In this document: positions 10,178 through 19,981 of the stretch, piece after piece | Layout: each line of letters starts with the position of its first letter | Numbering within the stretch: position 1 is the first letter of the stretch | Assembly: GCA_964348825.1 (NCBI GenBank) | Contig: CAYGDX010000002.1 | Coordinates: forward strand, 195,013-259,012 | Origin: an uncultured Gammaproteobacteria bacterium | GTDB taxonomy: Bacteria; Patescibacteriota; Patescibacteriia; Veblenbacterales; UBA10138 | Direction: 5' to 3' | Length of the DNA stretch: 64,000 bases | Position numbers and translations under genes: made by a program | The notes under the pieces: model-generated | What the model was told of the DNA's origin: nothing | What the model saw: the letters and a program-made list of their open reading frames with translations, nothing else | Databases searched by the model: none

Positions 10178-10921
10178 TTATCCCAGGGTATTGATATAGT
10201 GAACAAAACCCTTGAGTAGATTGTCGTACTTTTTTATAATCTGCGGATTGTAACTGTTCAACTTAATTTCGTTAAGCGTTGCGGCTACTTGTGTCTCCAT
10301 TTCTCCTTCTGCACGGGATATGAGATTCGAATATGAGAACGCGCCTCTCGCCCCCTTATCTTTCTGCAGAAGATCAAGTAATTGTGCAATCTTTTTTATA
10401 TAGTAATCATCTTCTGCAACAACACCTTCTTGGTGGAGCCGAGCACGTCTCTCCATTTCAGGGAGTTCGTCAAGAAGCGCTTCGTGGTAGGTTGGCAGTG
10501 TTTGCCGAAAATCAGTGGGTACAAACTTTTTTCCAGCAACATGCTTCCAATTAGGTAAATCAAGGATGTGCGACTTCGGACTCTGTACTGTTGCGAGAAA
10601 ACTTTTAATTTGTCCACCGCTGAGTTCACTTTTATAGAGTACACGAAATCCGAATTTTTTGATCTCAGGAACTTTACCGATTAGATACATTCTAATTTCT
10701 TGCTCCAGTTCAAAGGACACCATATCGTCGACAATAGCGATTGAGTCTATATCGCCTGTTTCAAAATGAAAATCATCGCGCAGAATCGATCCCCAGAGAT
10801 AGACAGCCTCTATACCTTGTAACCGAAAGTCTTTATACACTTCCCGTAAGATAGTTTCCGCTTTTTGTAAAATTGTTTCTCTTGTCTCCATGTTATCTGA
10901 TTTTGATACTTTAAAATTCAT
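10178..10921 (-). CDS. Nucleotidyltransferase-domain protein (ANT/Lnu/KNTase-like; cassette 4)
   Basis: GS...D.D nucleotidyltransferase signature in YLWGSILRDDFHFETGDIDSIAIVDD. 247 aa. Confidence 0.6.
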   Translation of the reverse strand: MNFKVSKSDNMETRETILQKAETILREVYKDFRLQGIEAVYLWGSILRDDFHFETGDIDSIAIVDDMVSFELEQEIRMYLIGKVPEIKKFGFRVLYKSELSGGQIKSFLATVQSPKSHILDLPNWKHVAGKKFVPTDFRQTLPTYHEALLDELPEMERRARLHQEGVVAEDDYYIKKIAQLLDLLQKDKGARGAFSYSNLISRAEGEMETQVAATLNEIKLNSYNPQIIKKYDNLLKGFVHYINTLG

Positions 10922-10940
10922 TCGTAGTGTAAGATATTTA

Positions 10941-11030
10941 AACTAAGTGGGTCGCCTATCTTTCATAAGTAAGTAGGTCACCCCTTTTACTCAGGAATAT
11001 GAGTTCACTCCGATAATAAAATGTGCTGGC
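10941..11030. repeat. Cassette-array repeat, 3' part only, fused directly to the 3' end of tRNA-Ser
   Basis: aactaagtgggtcgcctatctttcataagtaagtaggtcaccccttttactcaggaatatgagttcactccgataataaaatgtgcTGGCGG runs straight into the tRNA CCA end. Confidence 0.8.
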
Positions 11031-11114
11031 GGAGAGGGGGAGATTCGAACTCCCGATACCTTGCGGTATGCCGCCTTTCCAAGGCGGTGCACTAGGCCAC
11101 TATGCGACCTCTCC
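11027..11114 (-). tRNA. tRNA-Ser (anticodon GGA), 88 nt with a long variable arm and an encoded CCA
   Basis: Reverse complement reads GGAGAGGTCGCATAGTGGCC...CGCCTTGGAAAGGCGG...GGGAGTTCGAATCTCCCCTCTCCGCCA. Anticodon loop is TTGGAAA. Confidence 0.85.
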
Positions 11115-11227
11115 AAAAACTTTAAACTTAACAATATTAGCGTTGTTACGGTAACATATTATAAGTAAAAAATAAAGACCTGTGATTACTTGCATAACCC
11201 AGGCCTAAAAACATTTAGCTTATTTCA

Positions 11228-11560
11228 TTATTTTTTATTAAATACTAATACCTCCTGCAAACAACTATCTATCTGATAAGTATGTTCACCGGTAAACACA
11301 AAATGTTTGTTTTGATTTTTAATACGTACACCGCTAACAGTCTGATTCAGACTAAGCCTCAACTTCTCATTATGTAAATCAGATAATGATTTAATAGGGA
11401 TTTCTACTTTGCAACTATGTTTAAATATCAATACAGATACTCCAGAAGTAACTCCAGTTAAATCTGAGATTAATTTTTTTAATTCAATCTCCGTCAGTTC
11501 TGGTACACCTGATTTAGGAAATTTTGATAAATAACTTTTTTTATGTTTTTTCATAACCAA
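11228..11560 (-). CDS. Hypothetical protein (110 aa)
   Basis: ORF only; AT-rich. Confidence 0.35.
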   Translation of the reverse strand: MVMKKHKKSYLSKFPKSGVPELTEIELKKLISDLTGVTSGVSVLIFKHSCKVEIPIKSLSDLHNEKLRLSLNQTVSGVRIKNQNKHFVFTGEHTYQIDSCLQEVLVFNKK

Positions 11561-11566
11561 TTCCCT

Positions 11567-11893
11567 TTATTTGTTTTTGTTGTGATGTTTTTTTGCCATA
11601 CGGGCAATTTGTTCAAGTACCCAAGGCCCGGTCGCAGAAACACGAAAAGTATTATCTAACTCTTCCAATTTAATAAATTTGGTCATTTCCTTACTGACAC
11701 CAACATCTAAATATGTTTGTACTGTATCTTCAACCGCCCACTCCCAACTTGTTTTTAAAATTTCATCCTGATAAACCAGTATGTGATACAACCCACTTTC
11801 TGTATCTCGACGAAATGAATGTAGAGTATTTCCCAACAAACTTTTTATTTGGGTATGAGCTAACTGAAAATGTTGCTCTTCAATATATTGCAT
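11567..11893 (-). CDS. Hypothetical protein (108 aa)
   Basis: ORF only; tightly spaced with its neighbours. Confidence 0.35.
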   Translation of the reverse strand: MQYIEEQHFQLAHTQIKSLLGNTLHSFRRDTESGLYHILVYQDEILKTSWEWAVEDTVQTYLDVGVSKEMTKFIKLEELDNTFRVSATGPWVLEQIARMAKKHHNKNK

Positions 11894-11928
11894 TATTATC
11901 CTTTTTTCATTTTTTGTTTCTTAAACGA

Positions 11929-12303
11929 TTAATTATTTTTGTTATTTAAATTAAAGACGATATTTTCCACGGCGGAAGATAAACTATCCAACTCGTTTGA
12001 ATAAATCTTAGTAAAGTTATCGCCATTACCATTGGAAATTACTTTTACCTTAACGTTAGATTTACGCGAAATTCTTCTACATAGTTTAAAATGCTCCGGA
12101 CTTATTAATAAATAAAAATAAGTTTCGTTGTGTAGTTTTTTCTTTTTACTATCTGGATCCTTTATCTTTATTACTCGTTCACCACGTTTTAATTTGAAAC
12201 CAATTTTACATTTTTTTAATGCATCTTTAATCTCAAAATAAGTTTTTTTATTATAATCATCGCGTGGGAAACTACGACCGTCTAATACTTTGTCAGTATG
12301 CAA
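11929..12303 (-). CDS. Hypothetical protein (124 aa)
   Basis: ORF only. Confidence 0.35.
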   Translation of the reverse strand: MHTDKVLDGRSFPRDDYNKKTYFEIKDALKKCKIGFKLKRGERVIKIKDPDSKKKKLHNETYFYLLISPEHFKLCRRISRKSNVKVKVISNGNGDNFTKIYSNELDSLSSAVENIVFNLNNKNN

Positions 12304-12426
12304 TTTATTTTTCCCTTACTATTGGCTTGTTAAATAATTGTTTTGATTGCTTTAGCAATCACCCGCCGAAGAGGTGGGTAAAATCTAAAGATTTTATTTT
12401 AATTTGTAATTCATTTTACTACAAAA

Positions 12427-12455
12427 AACAAACCGCGTCAAGCAGTTTGTTTTTT
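12427..12455 (+). terminator. Rho-independent terminator-like hairpin followed by a T-run
   Basis: aacaaaccgcgtcaagcagtttgtttttt. Confidence 0.4.
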
Positions 12456-12504
12456 GGAAGGACTTTTATTACCCCGCCTAACCTCCCCTTTTAGGGGAGA
12501 AAAT

Positions 12505-14898
12505 TTAACGTTTCATTTTCTTCTCTTGTTTCGCTAAGCGCACCGTAGTAGCAAGCACGGTATCAGGATTTAGAGAAATAGAATCAATTCCCTCACGCAT
12601 TAAAAATTCAGCGAAATCAGGAAAATCAGAAGGCGCTTGGCCACAAATACCTATTTTTCGCTTAGTGGCTTTGCAAGTCCGAATAACCTGCCGAATTAAA
12701 GTTTTAACTGCTTCATTTCTTTCATTATAAACATGGCTCACTAATTCTGAATCACGATCCACCCCCAAAGTTAATTGCGTTAAATCGTTAGAACCAATTG
12801 AAAAACCATCAAAAATTTTAGCAAATTCGCTAGCTAAAATCACATTCGATGGAATTTCACACATCACATAAACTTCCAAACCATTTTTACCACGCTTCAA
12901 ACCTTCACTAGCCATAATCGCGAGCACTTTTTTACCTTCTTCAATAGTGCGACAGAAGGGCACCATAATTTTTAAATTAGTCAGGCCCAACTCTTCGCGC
13001 ACTTTTTTAAGCGCCTGGCATTCCAGCCGAAAAGCTGGTTCGTATTTTGGATCATAATAACGCGAAGCCCCACGCCAACCAATCATTGGATTTCTTTCGG
13101 TTGGTTCAAACGCCGCACCACCTACTAAATTGGCATACTCATTAGAACGAAAATCAGATAATCGTACAATTACATCTTTAGGATAAAAGGCCGCCGCAAT
13201 TTGCGCTACGCCGTGTGATAACTTATCAATAAAGTATTCTGTTTTATTTTTATAGCCAATTGTTAATTTATCAATTTGCGCTATGGCTTGTTTATCTTTT
13301 AATTTAGCATAATTAATTAAAGCTAGCGGATGCGCTTTAATTTGATCATTGATTACAAACTCTTCACGCGCCAAGCCCACACCGTCATTGGGTAAGAAAG
13401 AAAAATTAAAGGCCTGATGTGGTTCACCCACATTCATCATAATTTTTACTTTAGGTTTTTTAAGATTTTTAAAACTATGTTTGGTTACTTCGAATGGTAG
13501 CAATCCTTGATAAACATTCCCCACCTCACCCTCGGCGCAGGAAACTGTAACATCTATATTATTTTTTATAATTTTACTGCCACTAGCCGTACCAACTACA
13601 CAAGGAATTCCGAGTTCACGAGAAACAATGGCGGCGTGACAAGTGCGCCCACCTTCATCGGTCACAATGGCGGCCGCTTGTTTCATAACTGGCTCCCAAT
13701 CGGGATCAGTCATTTTAGTTACGAGCACACTCCCCGGCTTAAAATTACTAATTTCCTTAACATTTTTTATCACCATCACTTTACCCTGACCAATTTTACC
13801 GCCCACCGCTGTACCACTGACCAAAATCTTACCAGCTTTTTTTAATGTATAATTTTCCACTTGCGTAGTATTTTTTCTGGCTTGTACAGTTTCGGGTCGC
13901 GCCTGCACAATCCACAACTCACCGGTTACGCCATCCTTAGCCCATTCAATATCCATTGGACGTTTGTAGTGCTCTTCAATTACCACACCCCACTTAGCTA
14001 AAAACAAAACTTCTTTATCAGAAATACTATATTGCTCGCGTTCTGATTGCAAAACTGTTTCATTTTTGGTTGAATTTGTTCCGGTACTATAAATTAATTT
14101 TTTTTCTTTAGTACCAAGTTGTTGTTTGATAATAGAAGCATAACCTTGCTTTAAAGTTGGTTTGAAAACCATAAATTCATCGGGCGTTACCACACCCTTC
14201 ACCACATATTCACCTAAACCATATGCACTATTGATAATTACTACATCGCGAAAGCCAGATTCAGTATCAATCGTAAACATTACACCTGATGAACCTTTGT
14301 CGGACCGCACCATTTTCTGTACACCGATTGATAAACCAATTTTAAAATGATCAAAATGTTTATCTACCCGATAAGAAATTGCCCGATCAGTAAAAAGTGA
14401 AGCAATACATTCACGGCTGGCCTTAAGTAAAGCCGTTTCGCCCTTGATATTTAAATAAGTTTCTTGTTGGCCAGCAAATGAAGCATCGGGCAAATCCTCG
14501 GCCGTGGCAGATGAACGTACCGCCACGTCAACTTCCGCTACTTTAAATTCGGCGCATAATTTTTTATAATTTTTTAATATTTCTTGTGTTAAATCAGCTG
14601 GAAATTCAGCTTGCAAAATTACTTCGCGCACCGCTTTGCCACGAGCCGCTAAACCTTTTAAATCATTAGTATTAAGCCCTCGTAAAATCTGTTTAATTTT
14701 TTTATCAGTGCCGGTAGCTTTCAAAAAATAGTGGTAAGCTTGGGCAGTGACGGCAAAACCATTCGGCACTTTCACGCCTTTTTTGGTTAAACGTTGATAC
14801 ATTTCGCCTAAGGAAGCATTCTTGCCACCTACAAGAGGTACGTCCTTGATACCAAGTTGATTAAAAGGGATAACGAATTTTTTATTGGGCATAATCAC
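12505..14898 (-). CDS. ppsA: Phosphoenolpyruvate synthase (pyruvate, water dikinase)
   Basis: 797 aa. N-terminal ATP-grasp region, mobile His domain GGRTCHAAIVSRELGIPCVVG, and a C-terminal PEP-utilising TIM barrel. Confidence 0.85.
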   Translation of the reverse strand: MIMPNKKFVIPFNQLGIKDVPLVGGKNASLGEMYQRLTKKGVKVPNGFAVTAQAYHYFLKATGTDKKIKQILRGLNTNDLKGLAARGKAVREVILQAEFPADLTQEILKNYKKLCAEFKVAEVDVAVRSSATAEDLPDASFAGQQETYLNIKGETALLKASRECIASLFTDRAISYRVDKHFDHFKIGLSIGVQKMVRSDKGSSGVMFTIDTESGFRDVVIINSAYGLGEYVVKGVVTPDEFMVFKPTLKQGYASIIKQQLGTKEKKLIYSTGTNSTKNETVLQSEREQYSISDKEVLFLAKWGVVIEEHYKRPMDIEWAKDGVTGELWIVQARPETVQARKNTTQVENYTLKKAGKILVSGTAVGGKIGQGKVMVIKNVKEISNFKPGSVLVTKMTDPDWEPVMKQAAAIVTDEGGRTCHAAIVSRELGIPCVVGTASGSKIIKNNIDVTVSCAEGEVGNVYQGLLPFEVTKHSFKNLKKPKVKIMMNVGEPHQAFNFSFLPNDGVGLAREEFVINDQIKAHPLALINYAKLKDKQAIAQIDKLTIGYKNKTEYFIDKLSHGVAQIAAAFYPKDVIVRLSDFRSNEYANLVGGAAFEPTERNPMIGWRGASRYYDPKYEPAFRLECQALKKVREELGLTNLKIMVPFCRTIEEGKKVLAIMASEGLKRGKNGLEVYVMCEIPSNVILASEFAKIFDGFSIGSNDLTQLTLGVDRDSELVSHVYNERNEAVKTLIRQVIRTCKATKRKIGICGQAPSDFPDFAEFLMREGIDSISLNPDTVLATTVRLAKQEKKMKR

Positions 14899-15014
14899 TA
14901 ATAATTTAAAAATAAAAAATCAAAATGCAAAATGATAATTAAAGCTTGGCTTTCACCCCGCTTAGCGGGATAGTTGTTAAAACAACTAAAATGTAAAATT
15001 ATTCAGTAGAACCG

Positions 15015-15175
15015 TGCCGCCCTGTCGTAGGGCTTGTACAGAGCGGAAGTCAAACGAGCTTTAGGTCAGGCCGTGTTTGTGGTCGTTTAGCATAGGCCTG
15101 ACCAACTCGTTTGACGAGCACTGTTCAAATATGGAGACCGAGGCGGCGATTTTGTGTTACTTTATAAAAAGTAAC
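15015..15175 (+). repeat. Structured GC-rich dispersed repeat, copy 1 (orientation A): ~140-nt long-hairpin core plus a terminal palindrome gttactttataaaaagtaac
   Basis: Copies also at 34621-34780, 39138-39297 (reverse) and 54951-55113 (reverse). Inner stem is gaagtcaaacgagc / gctcgtttgac. Confidence 0.8.
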
Positions 15176-15199
15176 AAAATAAAAAATAATTATAAATTT

Positions 15200-15484
15200 T
15201 TATATTTTTATTTTCTCCAAAACCCACTTCACTCCCGGCAGTTCAAACTCTTCTCCTTGCCAAACCGCTACTAAGCCCCGCAAAGAAAATAAAAAACTAA
15301 TCACCCACCCTACCAAGGGTAATAGCAACATTACAATCAAGCCACCCCCAAGAACCACCAAACCTTGCCGAGTATGAAATTTTACAAATTCACTATCGCG
15401 TTTAAATAAAAATGGAATAAAAACCGCGAGCCAAAGATAGGCCAAAGCAGACCAGAGTTTTTCATTATCGGATATTTTGTGCAT
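15200..15484 (-). CDS. Small membrane protein (about 3 TM helices)
   Basis: 94 aa with hydrophobic stretches LWSALAYLWLAVFIPFLF and GLVVLGGGLIVMLLLPLVGWVISFLF. Confidence 0.5.
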   Translation of the reverse strand: MHKISDNEKLWSALAYLWLAVFIPFLFKRDSEFVKFHTRQGLVVLGGGLIVMLLLPLVGWVISFLFSLRGLVAVWQGEEFELPGVKWVLEKIKI

Positions 15485-15549
15485 AATAATATTATTCCTT
15501 AAACTTATACGCCTCCATAACCCTAAATTTAAATATTTAAAAAAATTTT

Positions 15550-15600
15550 AGATTTTAGTTATTGGAATTTATTTCGGATTTCGGATTTAGAGTTTCGTAT
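15550..15600. repeat. Heptamer repeat tract (TCGGATT family)
   Basis: agattttagttattggaatttatttcggatttcggatttag. Confidence 0.7.
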
Positions 15601-16091
15601 TTTTGAGAGATTGCTTCGTCGTTCGCCTTACTCACTCCTCGCAATGACATTACACTATTATTCTTTCCAAATACTCCCGCTGATTTAAAAAACCACACTG
15701 TAATTATACTTACCACCGAAGCAAGTAACGCGCTAAGAATTGGTTCAGTTATTAAATTAAAGGCCAACCACACATACCAAAAACGAATTAGTGACCAAAT
15801 GGCCGAAACAAATCCTGCTCCAGCCCCCACGAGCGCGGCTACGAGCATTAACTCGCGCCAATTTAATTTAGCTATCACACCAAGCTTCCAACCCACATAA
15901 CAAGCCATCGCGATTTGTAAAAATAAAACTATCGGTGCGGCTACACTTAAATAACTCAACTGTAACCAAAAACTAATCAAAAACAAAAATGATAAAACTG
16001 CCGACAAAATCACAAAGGGTCGCGCCGCCGCTTCAATGTAAAACCGCACGGTTTGATCAAAAATCAAAATTGGTTGATTAGTATAAGCCAC
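15555..16091 (-). CDS. Membrane protein (multi-TM). Its C-terminal tail is encoded by a heptamer-repeat tract plus a 45-nt conserved motif.
   Basis: 178 aa. C-terminus ...ETLNPKSEINSNN is read from the ggatttcggattt repeats. Confidence 0.5.
   Translation of the reverse strand: MAYTNQPILIFDQTVRFYIEAAARPFVILSAVLSFLFLISFWLQLSYLSVAAPIVLFLQIAMACYVGWKLGVIAKLNWRELMLVAALVGAGAGFVSAIWSLIRFWYVWLAFNLITEPILSALLASVVSIITVWFFKSAGVFGKNNSVMSLRGVSKANDEAISQKYETLNPKSEINSNN
15605..15649. repeat. 45-nt conserved motif gagagattgcttcgtcgttcgccttactcactcctcgcaatgaca; second copy at 59309-59353
   Basis: 41/45 identity with 59309-59353. Both copies immediately follow a heptamer tract. Confidence 0.7.
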
Positions 16092-16183
16092 TACTTAATT
16101 ATAGATTAAAATTAACCCAAAAACAAACTGCTTTGCGTTAAACAAAGCAGTTGTTAGTTGTCAGTTATTTGTTGTCGGCTAAA

Positions 16184-17935
<1,752 letters not shown>

Positions 17936-17943
17936 TTTTTAAA

Positions 17944-18240
17944 CTATTCAACAATCGCAATAACATCTGACAATTGTAGTGTTCCAAACTCCTCTTCATC
18001 TAACTTAAACTCATCTAATGCGTATTTTTTAAATAAAATCTTGTTACCAACTGCTACTTCCATCGGAGCACGGGTGCCATTATCTAAAAGTTTGCCCGGA
18101 CCAACTGCTATCACCTCACCAGTTTCTTGCTTTTCTTTATCGACTGTATCAGGTAATACAATACCGCTCTTCGTAACTTTATCTTCCTTTGAAACTTTGA
18201 CCACCAAGTGATCACCCAAAGGTTTGAGTTTTAAGTTCAT
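17944..18240 (-). CDS. groS: Co-chaperonin GroES
   Basis: 98 aa, MNLKLKPLGDHLVVKV...GIVLPD... Confidence 0.9.
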   Translation of the reverse strand: MNLKLKPLGDHLVVKVSKEDKVTKSGIVLPDTVDKEKQETGEVIAVGPGKLLDNGTRAPMEVAVGNKILFKKYALDEFKLDEEEFGTLQLSDVIAIVE

Positions 18241-18265
18241 AATATATTTGCTTAATGATTAACAA

Positions 18266-18292
18266 TTAGCACTCTATATTATAGAGTGCTAA
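18266..18292. promoter_or_regulatory. CIRCE operator (HrcA binding site) upstream of groES-groEL
   Basis: ttagcactc-tatattata-gagtgctaa is a perfect match to the TTAGCACTC-N9-GAGTGCTAA consensus. Confidence 0.85.
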
Positions 18293-18320
18293 CAGTATTT
18301 TAGCAAGTGGGGAGAGGTTG

Positions 18321-19919
18321 TCAAGAGATATTGATCTTTGTATCTGACTCTAAGTTTACTAGAGCTAAAATTAACCAAAATAACATAAACATACTAGGGA
18401 TTGTCCACCAGTAGTGGTCAAACATAGCCGTTATTATTATAGCCACCAGCCAATAGCTACTAGTTACTTGCGTATTACTAAAAGTGACGAAGATCCAATG
18501 GCGAAGAACCAACGACCTAATACCTATCCACAACAACCAAATAAATATAATCAACCCCACAATCCCCAACTCGGTAAAGACTAATAAAAACATATTATGT
18601 ACTGGTTGATAAAAACGCGGGGAAAGATTAGGTTGAATTTTTTGTAACTCCACTGTGTAATTATCCATACCTGTGCCACGCCACCACACGCGCGCTAAAA
18701 TACTTTGACTATCTTTTACGCTTCCCACTCGCTCTTCAACCGATTGTTGCTCCAAACGACCACCACCAAAAATTCTGGTTTGTACGAGTGGATAATAAAC
18801 TGCGGATAGAATAATAAATACTGATGTTGTAATGATAAGTACATTACGCCATCTACTGCTGTCATTCCCGCGCCATTCGGCCTCGAGCTCATGGCCGAGA
18901 GGAAGGCGGGAATCCAGAAACAAAAATGAATCAGCTTTTTGAGTTTCTATTTGTTTCTGGATCCCGGATCCTCGTCCGGGATGACACCTGCTTTGCCACC
19001 ACCAAATTATTAAACTCACACCTAAAGCCAACCACGCCCCACGGGAAAAAGTAAAAAATAAACCAGCAAGTTGAATTATATACAGTGAGAATAAAATTAT
19101 TTTTTTTAAATTCGAATATCGAAATTCGAAATTCGAAAATTTTTGGTCATTGGGATTTATTTCGGATTTCGGATTTCGGATTTCGGATTTTTCTATGAAA
19201 TATAACCATATCGTTGCTAAACATGTAACCACTAGCAATCCCCCCAGCACATTGGGGTGCACTTGCCCACCATAAGCTCGTAACCAATTTTCACCACCTG
19301 ATAAAATAACTGAAGTGCCAGCTTGGGTTAATGAATGCGCCGCTACACCCAACCATTTATTCGCAAAAGTTGATTGGGTAAAAAATTGTACAATTCCCCA
19401 TAATGCTTGAATTGCTCCCGCCAGCGTGAGTGACCAAAAGATACCTAACAACTTTGGTTTAATAGTTTTAATTAACAACCACAATAAACCGCCTTCTAAT
19501 AATCTTGCATTCCACACCGCGGCCAGCACTTTGTCGCTTGACCAAATAATAGATAAAAATGATAAACACAGTAAAACTAAATAAATAATTTTGAAATTTG
19601 AGATTTGGGAATTATTTAGGATTTCGGATTTCGGATTTCGGATTTTTAAATCCTTAATCTCCCGCCAAATCATCGGCCACGACACTATTATCAATAATAA
19701 AAATATTATATCCCAACTATACAATGAGATCCTTCCATATTCCCAAATTCTCTCGACTCCGCTCGGGACCTGCGGCCGCCAAATATGTAGATCGCGAACA
19801 ATCCACCTCGTTTGCCAAGGGAGGAGAAAAATGAATAGATAAAATAACCAAACTAGTATTTTAAGCCAAGTTAATGTCATAACTATATTATGTGCTAGTG
19901 AGTCATATTTTACAAACAA
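18321..19919 (-). CDS. O-antigen ligase/polymerase-like polytopic membrane protein (Wzy_C-like), carrying three in-frame repeat insertions
   Basis: Many TM helices and FTFSRGAWLALGVSLIIWWW in a periplasmic loop. Two EIRNPKSEI segments are encoded by TCGGATT tracts. One GC-rich palindromic insert lies at 18860-18985. Confidence 0.5.
   Translation of the reverse strand: MFVKYDSLAHNIVMTLTWLKILVWLFYLFIFLLPWQTRWIVRDLHIWRPQVPSGVERIWEYGRISLYSWDIIFLLLIIVSWPMIWREIKDLKIRNPKSEILNNSQISNFKIIYLVLLCLSFLSIIWSSDKVLAAVWNARLLEGGLLWLLIKTIKPKLLGIFWSLTLAGAIQALWGIVQFFTQSTFANKWLGVAAHSLTQAGTSVILSGGENWLRAYGGQVHPNVLGGLLVVTCLATIWLYFIEKSEIRNPKSEINPNDQKFSNFEFRYSNLKKIILFSLYIIQLAGLFFTFSRGAWLALGVSLIIWWWQSRCHPGRGSGIQKQIETQKADSFLFLDSRLPLGHELEAEWRGNDSSRWRNVLIITTSVFIILSAVYYPLVQTRIFGGGRLEQQSVEERVGSVKDSQSILARVWWRGTGMDNYTVELQKIQPNLSPRFYQPVHNMFLLVFTELGIVGLIIFIWLLWIGIRSLVLRHWIFVTFSNTQVTSSYWLVAIIITAMFDHYWWTIPSMFMLFWLILALVNLESDTKINIS
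19101..19190. repeat. Heptamer-repeat element forming a long imperfect palindrome (cgaaattcgaaattcgaaa ... tttcggatttcggatttcgg). It lies inside the CDS in-frame.
   Basis: Sequence seen directly; translates to FEIRNPKSEINPNDQKFSNFEFRYSN. Confidence 0.7.
19592..19652. repeat. Heptamer-repeat tract (TCGGATT x3-4) inside the CDS in-frame
   Basis: ttatttaggatttcggatttcggatttcggatttttaaatcc translates to KDLKIRNPKSEILNNSQIS. Confidence 0.7.
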
Positions 19920-19981
19920 AACCGCTCTAAATTAGAGCGGTTTTTTGTATACAATACAAAATTCTACTTATTGCTTACTAA

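Noticed and set aside
15077-15274. 65-aa ORF (and its counterpart 34691-34936) with conserved peptide SFDEHCSN.ETEAAILCYFIKSN inside the structured repeat
   Set aside because: The conservation follows from nucleotide identity of a repeat whose stems show compensatory, structure-preserving substitutions. Reverse-orientation copies do not keep the ORF. Treated as non-coding, although translation is not excluded.
18880-18985. Cluster of XhoI/SacI/BamHI sites suggesting cloning-vector polylinker contamination
   Set aside because: The segment is embedded in-frame in native-looking coding sequence on both sides and forms ordered nested palindromes. Cannot be resolved without reads, so it is kept as a finding rather than dismissed.
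19101-19190. Heptamer tracts as possible CRISPR arrays
   Set aside because: The units are 7 nt with no spacers of unique sequence. CRISPR repeats are 24-48 nt separated by unique spacers. Not CRISPR.
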